Below are positions 51,415-63,399 of a stretch of DNA of 64,000 nt, in pieces. This stretch comes from Callorhinchus milii. Taxonomy: Eukaryota. Position numbers and translations under genes: made by a program. The stretch lies in the NCBI RefSeq assembly GCF_018977255.1, contig NW_024704742.1, positions 17,732,001 through 17,796,000 on the forward strand. Direction: 5' to 3'. The stretch's first letter is position 1; each line of letters begins with the position of its first letter. The notes under the pieces were generated by a model. The model had not been told where the DNA came from and did not search any database. It saw only the letters and a program-made list of their open reading frames with translations.

Positions 51415-53476
51415 GGTGGAATTCTAACATCTTACCTGAAAGAATATGATTTATACCATCTCTTTAAACCCAGAAGCAAACTTCTATATATTCTGCAACT
51501 TGATCATTTTAATAATAATAATCATAATAATCCTTGCATTTGATATAGTGCCTTATCACATCATTCAGACATCTCATAGCACTTCACAGAATATATTGTA
51601 GAGTGGATTGACTGTTTATTTGATTGTGTAATTGGTTGGAAATCAAGACTGTAAATTGGCCAGTAAATGGATTGCCAGTGTAAGGTACTGTAACTGGATG
51701 GAAAGTCTGCTGATGTTTATTAAAACAGACACTGGATAATGCAGTACAACCTTTCTTGCTGCTAATTACCATATATTTGCAAATTCAAATTAATTCATTT
51801 GGGAGCTATTCTGCATTTTATCAACATAAGTAAGTGTATGACAAAGAACCAAATAATTAAATTAGTTAAATCCCTTTTGAAAGTTGTTACTGCTAAAAGT
51901 CTCCAAAACAAAGCATTCAGCACAGTAGATGTCCCCTCATATATGCCTTGTCCATGACTAAGATATGGAATTATTTGTTAAATAATTTGCTATTATGCTG
52001 TATAAATACCATACGTATCCTACTAAAATGGATGTTTTTTTAATTTGCACTTGTTTTAGCTTCTCATTTGGTTTATATTCAATTTCTGCCCCCAATTTAA
52101 ATCGAATGGTTATGTAGACCGATCATTTATAAATTCTGATGTACTTCAAATAAAATTACTTATAATGACACTTTTCTAGACATACAAAAGCAGGTGAATC
52201 ATCTTACATCAAAATTAATTCTTTACTATTTCAGTCTGTGCAGGTATCAAAAGCTGCCTATGTACTGAAGCCTTTACTTACATCAAAAAAGTTAATAATT
52301 CTAGAGAATTTGTCAAATATCGCAAGTTGCTTGAGCATGCTTCTCTTGAGTACAATTCTCAGTGAACTGTGAGCACGTCCAAAGAAGAAACAGCCTTAGG
52401 TTCAACCAGGAGATTGAAGTCAGGGATTTGATCACTTATGGCCAATGTAAGTATGCATTTTAGAATACTGAGCATTGTTCCTAAAAAAAAGCTCCTATGT
52501 TTCCAAATCCAAAAGAGGGTCACAATTAGGATCTTCTTGCTGCTAATTACCATTTATGAGGAAATTCTAATTAATTCATTGTAACAATAATACTCTTGGC
52601 ATTTGACATAGCGCCTTATCACGTCTTCAAGAAGTCTCAAAGCGCTTCACAGAATATACTGTAAAGTGAATTGACTGTGTACTCTGCATTTTATCAACAT
52701 GAGTGTATGACAAGGAACAAAACTCTAAACATGATACTGATAACATTTAACACATACTCCAGCGACGCCAGGTGTTAACTGGAAGTGTGTCATACGATCC
52801 ACAGGTACTCCACGCAGGAAGAAATTTACTTCTGGAGCAGAGTATCCGAAGGCTAGCATGATGCACTTTGCAGGAGTTGCTGTCATGACCACCATGTTTC
52901 AGACCCTATTAATATACACACAGGTCACAATTGCCAAAGCCATCTAAATACATGAATACTGACTTGGTCCATTTATTTATTGCAGTTTTGTGTGCATGGA
53001 GGAGGGGGGGGGGGAGATAGGGTGCCATACACAAGATGCTCTCTGTGCTTATAATATATTCATAAATTAAGAAGGCTTATTTAAAAATGCCTTTGCTGCA
53101 ATAAATATATTTTCTTTGTATTAAAGATGTTTCAATTGAAATTTCCGTTATGGAACTGTTTTTTTTAATTATATGAGGGACAGCTGTTAAAGAAAAACAG
53201 AATCAGAAAAAAGATGTATGTAGTGACTATTTTTTTTAAAAAAAGCAGAAAGCAGCCATATTGATAAAATATTTAAAAACAAGGTTTTGTTTAAAAACGA
53301 GCCCTTGGTTTTGATCTATGACCACAAATCTTGGCATGGAATACCTGCGGCCTCTCCCAGGTATCCGGAAGGGCATGTATTTCATGTAGTATTTCATAGT
53401 GAATGACTCAGTAGCAGTGCTTCTCTTCCTGTACATGGAGTTTCAGGAAGTAACTGCGAGAAACTGCCAATCTCTT

Positions 53477-53503
53477 TTATGTTCCGTTTTTCTGTTCCCA
53501 TTC
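53477..53503 (-). CDS. AFAP1: AFAP1 last coding exon: EWEQKNGT*
   Basis: Reverse strand tttccag|GAA TGG GAA CAG AAA AAC GGA ACA TAA; matches the AFAP1 C-terminus EWELKNGT. Confidence 0.93.
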   Translation of the reverse strand, partial: EWEQKNGT

Positions 53504-54042
53504 CTGGAAAGGAAAATAAAGTACAGAAACAGATGTTAACAGGATTTATTTGCTCATTAGTTTTCTCCGCTTTTCCTCTTTCTCCCCTGCCCCCCAACCC
53601 TCCTCATCCATATTTCAAATGGTGAAGTTCTGTACTAAAATGTTTGCTATGGACTTGTTTTGAAGCTGAAGTGCTGTGAGGTTCACCTTGAGCATCTCTT
53701 ACAGATGCTGAATGGTTCTACTGCAGTTACACTTTGAATGTTAAACCAATGCAAAACAGCAACTACTTTAAGTAACAATAGCTATATACATGCAAATGAA
53801 TTACTCTGCTGCAATACAAGATGTGCAGTTTAATTTCCCTAATGTAAATTCCCGCTGCTATTAACTGTGCTACTGTCACACTAACTACACCAATAGAAAT
53901 TTTCCAGACAACTTTTTGGGCCTTCAGAAACTCATCACTTGTTACTTTGGAATAGAAACCTTATGCAAAATTGATGGGTCTAACTACCTATACCATTGCA
54001 GATGACACCATAATTTAACACATTATAATTAAGAATAATATA

Positions 54043-54350
54043 AATAATAATCCTTGCATTTGATATAGGGCTTTTCACGTTTTCTTGGTGTCTCAAAGCG
54101 CTTCACTGAATATACTGTAAAGTGAATTAATTCTATATTTGTGGGCGGTAGCTAATTGCGCACAGCAGTGTCCCACAAACAGTCATGTATTGAATGACCA
54201 AATTGTTATTTTATTTATTTATTTCCTTGAGGGATTATTATCAGGCATGAGTAGTAAGGAAACTTGCCCAAGGTTTTGCCCTGCTGGGAATCAAACCCAG
54301 GTCTCTTGCTTGCGAAGTGAGTGCTCTAACCACTGAGCTACTGGACTCCA
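54043..54350 (-). mobile_element. Full-length tRNA-derived SINE, short form
   Basis: Same head, body and tail as 10505-10820. Confidence 0.9.
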
Positions 54351-54367
54351 CTATGTGATGTTATAAC

Positions 54368-54690
54368 GATAATAATCCTTACATTTGATATAATGCTTTT
54401 CACGTCAGGAGGACATCTCAAAGTGTTTCAAGGATATACTATTAAGTGCAAACTCAGCAGTCAATTTGCACACAGCAGTGTTCTACAAGCAACCTTGAAG
54501 TGAATGACCAATTTTACCTGGGGAATGCCTGGCCAGAACATCAGGAAAAACTCCCTCTTTTATCAATGAGTGCCATGGGATCTTTAACCCCCACCTGTAT
54601 ATCAGACATTCAGGTGTACGTTGGTTTAACGTCTGATCCGAAGGAATTCACCTCCAACAATACTGGAGCATCAGCAATTATGCTGCACAT
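54368..54690 (-). mobile_element. DeuSINE-type element
   Basis: Reverse complement ttccttcggatcagacgttaaacc...taaagatcccatggcact...gagggagttt...; SINE tail at the left. Confidence 0.7.
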
Positions 54691-54982
54691 TCTATGTCAC
54701 CACAAATCGGGTTGTCCCATTGCACTCATTCAAGATTCATGCTATAACTCCAGTCCTTGCAACAGTTTGACATTTATCTAGAGGTTGCAGGATACCTGGA
54801 GGAGGGCTCATACAGTTTGTGCTGCACAATAATGCAGTATATTGGCAACCACAACAACACAAACTTTTGATCCCAAAACAATTGAAAATAATTTTAATAT
54901 TCACCTTTAAATTCATAATAGAAAAAGTCCTGTCACATTACCATCTGTTTAGTATTTAAAAATGTCACGAACACTTTGGAGA

Positions 54983-55550
54983 TCATAGAACCATAAACAT
55001 TTACAGCACAGAATAAGACCATTCGACCAGACACGTCTGTGCCAGCTCTTTGAAAGAGCGATCCATTTAATCCAATTTACATACCTGCCTTTTCCTCATA
55101 ACCCAATTACTCCGTTTTACATATCTATCTCGTTCCCTCTTCACAGCTAATATGTATCCTGCCTCAACCGGCAGAAAATGCCGCATCCTAACAATCCTTT
55201 GTGCAAACAAAGTCTTCTTAATATTATCCTTTTCTATTTTATTAATTAACTTAATATAGGCCCTCCCATCACTAACTCACCAACCAGTAGAAATAATTTC
55301 TCCTTATCAACTATCAAAACCCCCACATAATTTTGAAGGTCTCCCCTTATCGTTGGAGCCTTTAACAGTGAGGTAGAGGAAGGTGGGTGGAGGGCAGGGG
55401 TGGAAGCAGGGAGATTGATAGTCGAAGAGGAGGGTCTTGAGATGGGTCTTGAAAGAGGCAAGGGAGGGGGCGAGGCGGAGGGACTGCGGGATGGAGTTCC
55501 AGAGGGTGGGGGCAGAGTAGCAGAAGGCCTACCCACCAATAGTGGGGCGT
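54983..55550 (-). mobile_element. CR1 3' fragment (about 54983-55340) followed by an L2 3' fragment (about 55375-55550)
   Basis: atcatagaaccataaacatttacagcacagaataagaccattcg (CR1 tail); gtcgaagaggagggtcttgag...ggatggagttccagagggtg (L2). Confidence 0.7.
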
Positions 55551-55702
55551 AAAATGAATGAATCAATGCCAAACGAATAGTTTTGTGATCTGTCCTCATG
55601 GTTTAGCCAGGACTATACATTACAACAGGTTAACAGTGAACATGTATAAACAAAATGCAGCAATGCTAAGCGGTGTGTTTGAGATGTGCTTGCATGCTGT
55701 AC

Positions 55703-55867
55703 CTTTGCTTTCCTGCGTACATGGCCTCGACCTGGGGAAGAGGCCCCAGAAGGTGGTCTTCTTGCAAGAGCAGCTGCGTTCACAGGCAGTGATGATGGCT
55801 CAGTGTCACTCGTATCACAGCTGGAGGCTGGAGAGTTGTCCAAGGTCCGGTGCAAAAACACAGGGGA
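55703..55867 (-). CDS. AFAP1: AFAP1 coding exon: [55 protein letters not shown]
   Basis: ctcag|TCC...AAG|gtaca, 165 nt; matches AFAP1 [20 protein letters not shown]...GHV.RKAK. Confidence 0.95.
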
Positions 55868-56126
55868 CTGAGAAAAGACCAGACTTAGTACAATTAAAGG
55901 TCTGACTTTATTTTTATCGCCCAAATCTAATCCTGAAATTTGCGTACAAAATACTACCAAATGTTCCAATTTTGCTGAGTTGGAGAAAACTGAAATGCCT
56001 CTAGTTTTTCAATTTTGCCATCTGTTAAACATTAAAATATTCATAAAATACAAGTCGTGTTAGTTATCTTCTCCACGTTTTCATTTCCAATGTAGTTAGG
56101 CTGGTTAGCCTCAGCTAGAGTTCCTT

Positions 56127-56447
56127 TGGAGTCCTGTAGCTCAGTGGTTAGAGCACTCGCTTTGCAAGTGAGAGACCTGAGTTCAATTCCAGGCAGAGGG
56201 CGAAACCTTGGGCAAGTTTCCTTACTCCACACAGAGCCTAATAATAATCCCTCCAAAACCAAAAACAATAATAAATTGGTCATTTTCAATCTACGACTGT
56301 TTGTGGGACATTGCTGTGCGCAATTGGCTGCCGCGTTCGCCCACAAATATACAGTCAATTCACTTTACAGTGTGTTCTGTGAAGCGCTTTGGGACGTCCT
56401 CCCGACGTGAAAAGCGCTATATCAAATGCAAGGATTATTATTATTAT
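56127..56447 (+). mobile_element. Full-length young tRNA-Ala(TGC)-derived SINE, short form
   Basis: Intact A box (tagctcagtggttagagc), anticodon arm ctcgc-tttgcaa-gtgag, B box (gagttcaattcc), L2-like tail and (TTA)n. Confidence 0.93.
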
Positions 56448-57003
56448 GACTGGGTTCAGTTCTAGGCACCACACTTTAGGGAGGATGTCAAGACATTGGA
56501 GAGGGTGCAAAGGAGATTTACCAGCATGGTACCAGGAATGAGGGACTTCAGTTATCAGGAGAGGCTAGAGAAGCTAGGATTGCTCCTTAGAGCAGAGGAG
56601 GTTAAGAGGAGACTTAATAGAAATTTTCAAAATTATGAGGGGATTCAATCGGGTGAACAAGCAGAAACTATTTCCACTGGTTAAATAGTAATAGTAAATG
56701 GTCAGTAACCCAAGGACATCAGTTTAAAATAGTTGTTAAAAGAAACAGAGGAGAGGTGAGAGAAATGTTTTCACACAGAGAGTTGTTCAGATCTGGAATG
56801 CATTGCTGAAAGGGTGGTGGAAGCTGATTCGATAATAACTTTTAAGAGAGAAATAGATAATTATATGGGGAGGACAAGTTTGCAGGGCTATGAGGAGAGA
56901 GCGGGGGAGTGGGATGGATATGTATAATTCTTTTCAAAGAGCCATCACAGACACATTGAGCCGAATGGCTTCCTTCTGTGCTGTATAATTCTATGATTCT
57001 ATG
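56448..57003 (+). mobile_element. CR1 LINE 3' fragment
   Basis: LERVQRRFTSMVPGMRDFSYQERLEKLGL coding remnant; ends gccgaatggcttccttctgtgctgtataattctatgattctatg, the CR1 octamer tail. Confidence 0.9.
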
Positions 57004-57499
57004 TGTCAAATGCTATTTCCTGAATAAGAAAGGGTTGACCTGCTTCCAAATATTGGCAAGGGCTGTTCTGTAACAGAATATTGGTCGATGTTGAAAGGTT
57101 ATAGAAGCTGTGAATGTTCACACTGGAGAAGAGAAGGTTTAGTCAAGATCTTATTGAAATATTCAAGATTGTAAAAGGGTACAAATAAATTGAAACGCTC
57201 CCCAGTCAAATGTTTAACGCAGTCACCAACTTTACATATGGGGGCCTGGGCTTAGAAGAGGGAAAAGGAACAGACAGTTTTACAGGTTGGTGAATACATT
57301 AACTAGACTATTAAGGAAGGCAGTGGTGGCAGTTTTTGTTAATAAATGGATAAGGAAAATGGACAGCTATTTCAAATGAGGGACATGAGAGATAGAGAAG
57401 TGCATAATATTTTCTTCATGTTTGGAACTAGCTAAAGGGAACCTTTAGTTTCCGACCCTGTATAAACCTATATTATGTACCAATGCTGATGACTCTATT

Positions 57500-57870
57500 C
57501 TCCCATCAGACACTTAGAGTTCATTGTCTAGGATGACACTCCAATGCAGTGCTGGAGAAAAGTTGCATTGTCAGGCGTGCTGTGCTGTCTTTCATATGCG
57601 ATATCAAATCAAGGTCCAACAGCCTGTTCATTTTAAAGGTCCCATGGCAATATTTGAAAAGAGAAGACAGTTTGTTCAGTGTCTTGATCAACAATCCTTC
57701 AGATAAAATTGGTCATTATTTCATGGCCATTTGTAGGACATTGTGCAAATTAGCTGCCGAGTTAGCCTACAATACATGTTCATTAAACTTTACAGAAAAT
57801 CCTGTGAAGCACTTTGCAATGTTTCAACGATGTGATAAGGAGTTATATCAAACGCTAAATTTATTTATTA
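57500..57870 (+). mobile_element. DeuSINE-type element
   Basis: gctgtctttcatatgcgatatcaaatcaaggtcc...aaaggtcccatggcaatatttgaaaagag..., SINE 3' part and tail. Confidence 0.65.
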
Positions 57871-58109
57871 CTTCTACAGGCACTACACTGAGAGAGGATG
57901 ATCGATGCTAAAGAGTCTCTGTCCTATTCTTTCTTTTATTGCAACATGAAGAACTTTTTTTGCCTAAATTTTAACACTTAAGAGTTTGTAACCGAACCTT
58001 TTCCTTTTTTTCCTACCAACTCTCCTATTTCAATCGTGTACAAGGATCTCGCCTGAAGATTTCTGCTGTCAAATGATGTCAAGGTTTGACCGACACACTG
58101 AGAGACAAC

Positions 58110-58490
58110 TACTATATAAATTTACATTTATATACGCTTTTCATGTCGGGAGGACATCCCTAGCTGCTGAGCAGTCCAGAATTTGTACCTGAGCTTGGGA
58201 TGGGAGCCAAGGCGGGGGAGGAAGATGCGGTCAAAAGTACGGTCAAAGAGGAATGTCTTGAGGCAGACCTTGTAGGAGATGAGGGAAGGGTCGAGTCAAA
58301 GGGACTCCAGGAAGGAGTTCCAGAGTGTGGGGCACAAATGCTGAAAGCCCAACAATTGATAGCGGTGCAGGTATGACAGGGAATGTGAAGCAATTTGGTG
58401 CCTGCTGAATGGAGGAGGCAGCTGGGTTGGTAGGGCTTGAGAAGATCACAGACCAGCAAGGGTTTAAAGGTCAGCACGAGGATCTTGAAC
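58110..58490 (-). mobile_element. L2 3' fragment
   Basis: Reverse strand FKILVLTFKPL...DLLKPYQPS..LHSAG; tail motif at the left. Confidence 0.8.
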
Positions 58491-58673
58491 AAGCTCGAAT
58501 GGTACAGAAAAAGGGATGCCTGAAATCAGGTAGTTTCATGTCCCCTCAGTGAAGGCCACCAACAGGCAACCTTTATAGATTGTCTGTAATGTCTTGAAGT
58601 CGAAAGGCTTGTCCTGGCCTGAGCAGATCAGGTCCTATCTTCTGGCACTGTAGCTTGAGTTTGGCTAGTTTAC

Positions 58674-58867
58674 CTGTGGACTGGATGTCCTTGAAGACTT
58701 CGGTTCTATTGTCAGTCCCAGAGTGGGTCCTCCGGCAAGAGCTTTCTTCAGACTTTCATTCACCTCGATCAGCTCCAACTCCAGGTTCACACGTTCAGTC
58801 TCTTTCACCTTGCACTCGTCCTCCAACTTCTTCAGCTTAGTTTCAAGAGCGACCTGGGACTTTTTAC
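58674..58867 (-). CDS. AFAP1: AFAP1 coding exon (coiled-coil/actin-binding region): [65 protein letters not shown]
   Basis: taaag|GT...CAG|gtaaa, 194 nt, phase 1 to 0; matches AFAP1 [28 protein letters not shown]. Missed by the ORF track. Confidence 0.96.
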
Positions 58868-59327
58868 CTTTAGATTTTTATGAAGAGAGAAGAAAAAAAG
58901 CAATAATACGAATTTAAAATATTCCCTCAGACATCAGTTTATAGCTTGATCCATTTCAACAGCATTGTTCTCATACAAACCTTTTTTTAATGGCAGTGAC
59001 ATTGTCATGGCAGAAATAGACTATGGTGCTGAAATCTGTGGCTTGTGATATGCTAATTACCACCAGGGATAATTATCACATCACTGGCAAATCTGGTCCA
59101 GTGAGGCCAGTCAATTACAAGAATGTCTATGGCTGTGGCCCCCTTCCTACCCTCACAATGGCTGGGCCCCTAAGTTGGTTTGCAGTTGTTACTGTACATC
59201 TGGTCCTTATATTGGAATGTTGGTCAATGGGATACCATTTTAATTCAGATTTTGTTTGTCGAGTTAAACCACATAAACTGTCAGCTGGCACTCCAGTGCT
59301 TTTTTCTAATGATGAATCTAACACTAG

Positions 59328-59671
59328 TAATAATAATCCTTGCATTTGATGTAGGGCCTTATCACGTCGCTGAGGTATCTCAAACCGCTTCTCAGAATAT
59401 ACTGTGAAGTGGATTGACTGTATATGTCGTGCGTGAAACGTGGCAACCAATTTCATATAGCAGTGTCCCACAAACAATTTTTTGGGGGAGGGATTATTAT
59501 CGCCGGAATGCAATCCGCCAATCGAAGAACAAATGTGTTCCTACTTACTGTTAGATAAACAGAGGCTTGTGGAGTAAGGAAATTGCCTAAAGTTTCACCC
59601 CGCCCGGGAATTGAACCTGGGTCCTCTCGCTTGCAAGGTGAGGGCGCTAACCACTATGCTACGGGACTCCA
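59328..59671 (-). mobile_element. Full-length tRNA-derived SINE, long form
   Basis: Head tggagtcccgtagcatagtggttagcgc...gttcaattccc, central insertion, (TTA)n tail. Confidence 0.88.
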
Positions 59672-60145
59672 CAAACCCACACGTGGGTTTAGTGTTCGGT
59701 TCCTTGCCCAGGCGTGCATGTAGAGAAATCAGTTGAGCTTTTTGTTGTATTTTTGAAATTTTTTAATTAAAACTTGAGTGTTGCTGAAATCTTTGGGACA
59801 ACTAACTTGGAGAAGTTACACACCCAAAGTTGTGAGAGAATTTAATTAACATTGGCAGATATAGAGCTGTCCTTTCCTATGATTTAAATTAGGAAAAGCT
59901 ATTGGTGTATAGCCAAAGCATTAATTTATGATGGGCAGAAAGTTATTTGAATGAAAGACGAAAAGTTCAATACTCTTTAATAAAACTGTGCCATAAGGCT
60001 GACCCGGACAGATTATAGGGTGCGGGTTGTTAGATCTTGTGAAACTCTACCCGAGCAAAACAAAAGTTTATAAAGTTTTTAAAAAGTAAACAGTAGACAA
60101 TAATGGGCAACTCTGAGGTATCTTATCCGATGCATCAATGTTTAG

Positions 60146-60456
60146 TAATAATAATAATCCTTGCATTTGATATAGTGCTTTTCACATCTTCTCGATGTCT
60201 CAAAGCGCTTCACAGAATATGCTGTGAAGTGAATTGACTGTACATTTGTGGGCGAAACGTGGCAGCCAATTGCGCACAGCAGTGTCCCACAAACAGTCGT
60301 GGAATGAAAATGAAAATTATTGTTTTGTTTTTTGGAGGAATTATTATTATTAGGCGTGTGGAGTAAGATGCCCAAGGTTTCGCCCTCTGCCTGGAATTGA
60401 ACCCAGGTGTTTCGCTTGCAAAGCAAGTGCTCTAACCACTGAGCTACAGGACTCCA
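60146..60456 (-). mobile_element. Full-length tRNA-Ala-derived SINE, short form
   Basis: Same structure as 56127-56447 in the opposite orientation. Confidence 0.9.
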
Positions 60457-60792
60457 CAATGTCATCACATAAACTATGTCACATGCAGAGTGATATTTAT
60501 TGAATAGGGATTAGTAATATTTAGACGACAATCCTGTGCAGAAGCAGTGAAAAGTAACATAGGTAAAAAACAGGTGTTAACATTGTGATTAACTCAGGTT
60601 AGAGATGGAGCACTTTTGATAGAATTTAATATGAACTCCACTTTCGCTGTTTTACCTGTGCCCAACTCTTATGTTTTCTTATGGGTCAGTAGATTGCACA
60701 TTAATAATTATTTCAGGGTCTACATTTCTCTATAAGTGTTACAAATCAAAGCATGTGCTTTTCATAGAATCAGGAAATGAAAAGACTGATAC

Positions 60793-60957
60793 CTGTACAG
60801 GCTTCAATAGCTGCTCTCACATCCCTCTTGTCCTTTCTCAGCTGTGCCAGACGCATACGTAACATTTCCTTCTGTTTCTTCAACTCTTCTTCTTTCGACT
60901 GCAGTCTTTTTGCATCAGCTTCTACGCGATTCTTGCCATACTTATACTGATCAGCAT
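60793..60957 (-). CDS. AFAP1: AFAP1 coding exon (leucine-zipper region): [55 protein letters not shown]
   Basis: ttcag|AT...G|gtatc, 165 nt; [17 protein letters not shown] is diagnostic of AFAP1. Confidence 0.97.
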
Positions 60958-61620
60958 CTGAAAATTGAATCCAGAAAATTGCTTCACACACAAGAATTGC
61001 CTGACCGTGGAACCAGGTGAAGAATCGAATGAGGCATTTAAGAGAGGGGATCATTATTTGGAAAGTGGAAGTATTACTATGTTACTCTGATTCCTATAAC
61101 CCAGAATTGCAGAGATGCCAATGGATCATTGTTAACAGCCCACAGTACTGCTTTCCCTTCCTCTTACTCTGATCTCAGCACCATCACTCCACAGCCTTTG
61201 TGGCATCTTTAGGCTGACATTGAATCCACCTACTGTGGTAAAGGTGGGGAAGGGAGGAGACGGATCTCACACTAAAAGATACATGATTATCAACCGACAC
61301 AACCGCAATTTGATGTTGTTATAATACTGGTGACAGTTATCACATCACTGATGACAATTATCACATACCTAAACATTTTTAATTCTAAACATCATTTATA
61401 GGTTAAATCCGCTTAACGTAGTGAACAGGGAAGAACTACCAGATGCACATCAACAACTGCAACATTTAGAGAACAGAGCAACGACTTGCATTTATACAAC
61501 AGCCTTCACACAGGACAGTTTCTTAGAGCAGAAAGACCCTGAATGTTAGGGAATGTAGGGAAGACCATCGATGATCATTGCTTGGTCATTTTGTTTAAAA
61601 ACTGGACTGAAATTACTTAC

Positions 61621-61735
61621 TTGATGCAGTGCGTTTAACACTTGTGCCAGGAATTGCTTTCTTCACTTGACTGTTCACAGCCTTTTGCTTTGTTGTCCCG
61701 CTAGTTGCTGTTGATGGTACTTTTCTTCCTTTTGT
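61621..61735 (-). CDS. AFAP1: AFAP1 coding exon: TKGRKVPSTATSGTTKQKAVNSQVKKAIPGTSVKRTAS
   Basis: cctag|ACA...A|gtaag, 115 nt, phase 0 to 1; aligns with the AFAP1 segment LKGKK...VKRTGSN. Confidence 0.88.
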
Positions 61736-61897
61736 CTAGGTTAAGAAAGAAACTATGAGTGAATACCTTCTCTCTAGGATCCCCTTCTGTGTTTGTTTTT
61801 CCTTTAACATTGTTGTATATATTAAATTTAATAAATATTTAACCCTTAGATTGCCAGCTCTCGCAGCCAAACCATCATTTTCATTATGGTTGAATCT

Positions 61898-62030
61898 AGG
61901 AGGAGGCCATTCAGCCCTTCAAGCCTATTCCGCCATTTAATTAGATCATGGCTGATCTGTACCTCAACTAATCCTTTCAATTCCAATTCCTGCTTTCTCC
62001 CCATATCTCTTAATACCCTGAAACACTTCC
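61898..62030 (-). mobile_element. CR1 3' end fragment
   Basis: aggaggaggccattcagcccttcaagcc..ttccgccatttaattagatcatggctgatctgtacctcaac. Confidence 0.7.
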
Positions 62031-63399
62031 TAGCTGCTCTCTCAAATGTGGAGCCTGAAAGCAATATCAGTCACCCGATTATTACGGCAACAGACCCAGA
62101 GGCCAGTGTAAAAAAAGTGGAGGGGTTTTAGCCTCAAGAAAGAATATAGAACAGCTGGTTGAACTGGATAGTGAAAATACATAATAATGTACTGGAATAC
62201 ATGATTAAATTGTGTTGATATTAAAAAAAGTCATAAATTAAATATTTTAATAGTGAATCATGTCCATCAAGTGCAAGAACTTACATGGGAAATATAAATA
62301 TATGTTTTGGAGAAGCTGCCACAGTATCTTGTTTTGCGCATTGTATCTTAGCCTTTCATATGCAAGTCAAATAACCGCCTCTCAAAGCAGTTTTCATCAC
62401 AAGTTTGTTTAATTCCGAATTAAGTTAAACCGAGGTTCCCTCTGCCTGTTTGAATGGATTGAGAAAGGAGTTTGTCTCGGTGTCTTGACCAATAAATGGT
62501 TAGAATAATTGATCATTCACCCATGGTTGTTGGTGGAGCATTGCATTGCAAACTGCTGCCACATTTGTCTATAAAAAGCAGTCAATACACTTTTTCATCC
62601 TAAGGAACACCTTAAGAAATCCCACAATATTTGCCCCATTATTTCTGATCTGGAATATGTAATTTTTCCCTCTGAAGAAGCCTGTTTATTTAGAATCATA
62701 GTTTGTGGAAAGTTTATGCATACTTTTCTGTCCTGTTGCCATCAGTAGATTGAGTGTTCTAAAGCCCAAAGCCAATCTGCAACCAGAAAAGGTATTTGTG
62801 GGCTACTGAAAAACACTATTTTTTTCATTGAAGTGCTTGTCCTTTTTAAGATTCATCTGACCACGAGATTGCCAGACGTCTATGGTCTTTTGTACACATT
62901 TCCACACAAAGCCAGCTCTTCCTGTGGTTTTTGGCACTGGGGTGTGTCTTCCTCCAAAGCAGCCAACCACACAAAATACTTCTTGTGTAGCTTTGTTCTT
63001 AACCAGGCACTGATATCAATGCTGCTTTGTAGCCTTGGGTCTGGGAATAACATCCATTCTTCCTGACCTTTATTTGATCTTCTGGTCATCACCCAGACTG
63101 ATGCAAAACTGTGGCAATACTGTACTGATCTGACTTCAGGAATCTTTTATCAGATCACGTTCAACATGACAGACACTAGCGTACATTTATACAGAGGTGA
63201 TGTGATTTATTTTGACTTTGTGGTGAAGTAACACTGATGTACTGCTTTATACATTTTTGTGAGACTTTCTACATTCCCCAGTGCCAGTTAACAAGGTTAC
63301 AACAAACTGCACAAAGCATCAGGCATTAGCGGTCAGCAATGCTGTCCAAATAGCTTCATCAATGGTGTCTTGACATCCTTTGCTTTGTATATGTAAGTG

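Noticed and set aside
56127-56200. tRNA-Ala(TGC) gene
   Set aside because: The acceptor stem does not pair and the sequence continues into a SINE body and tail present in many copies; it is a SINE head, not a tRNA gene.
62880-63092. Possible AFAP1 neuronal-insert (AFAP-120) exon
   Set aside because: The listed translation shows no similarity to the insert as I recall it (LYDNAGLYDNLP...), and I found no convincing donor; upstream AFAP1 exons probably lie beyond the window.
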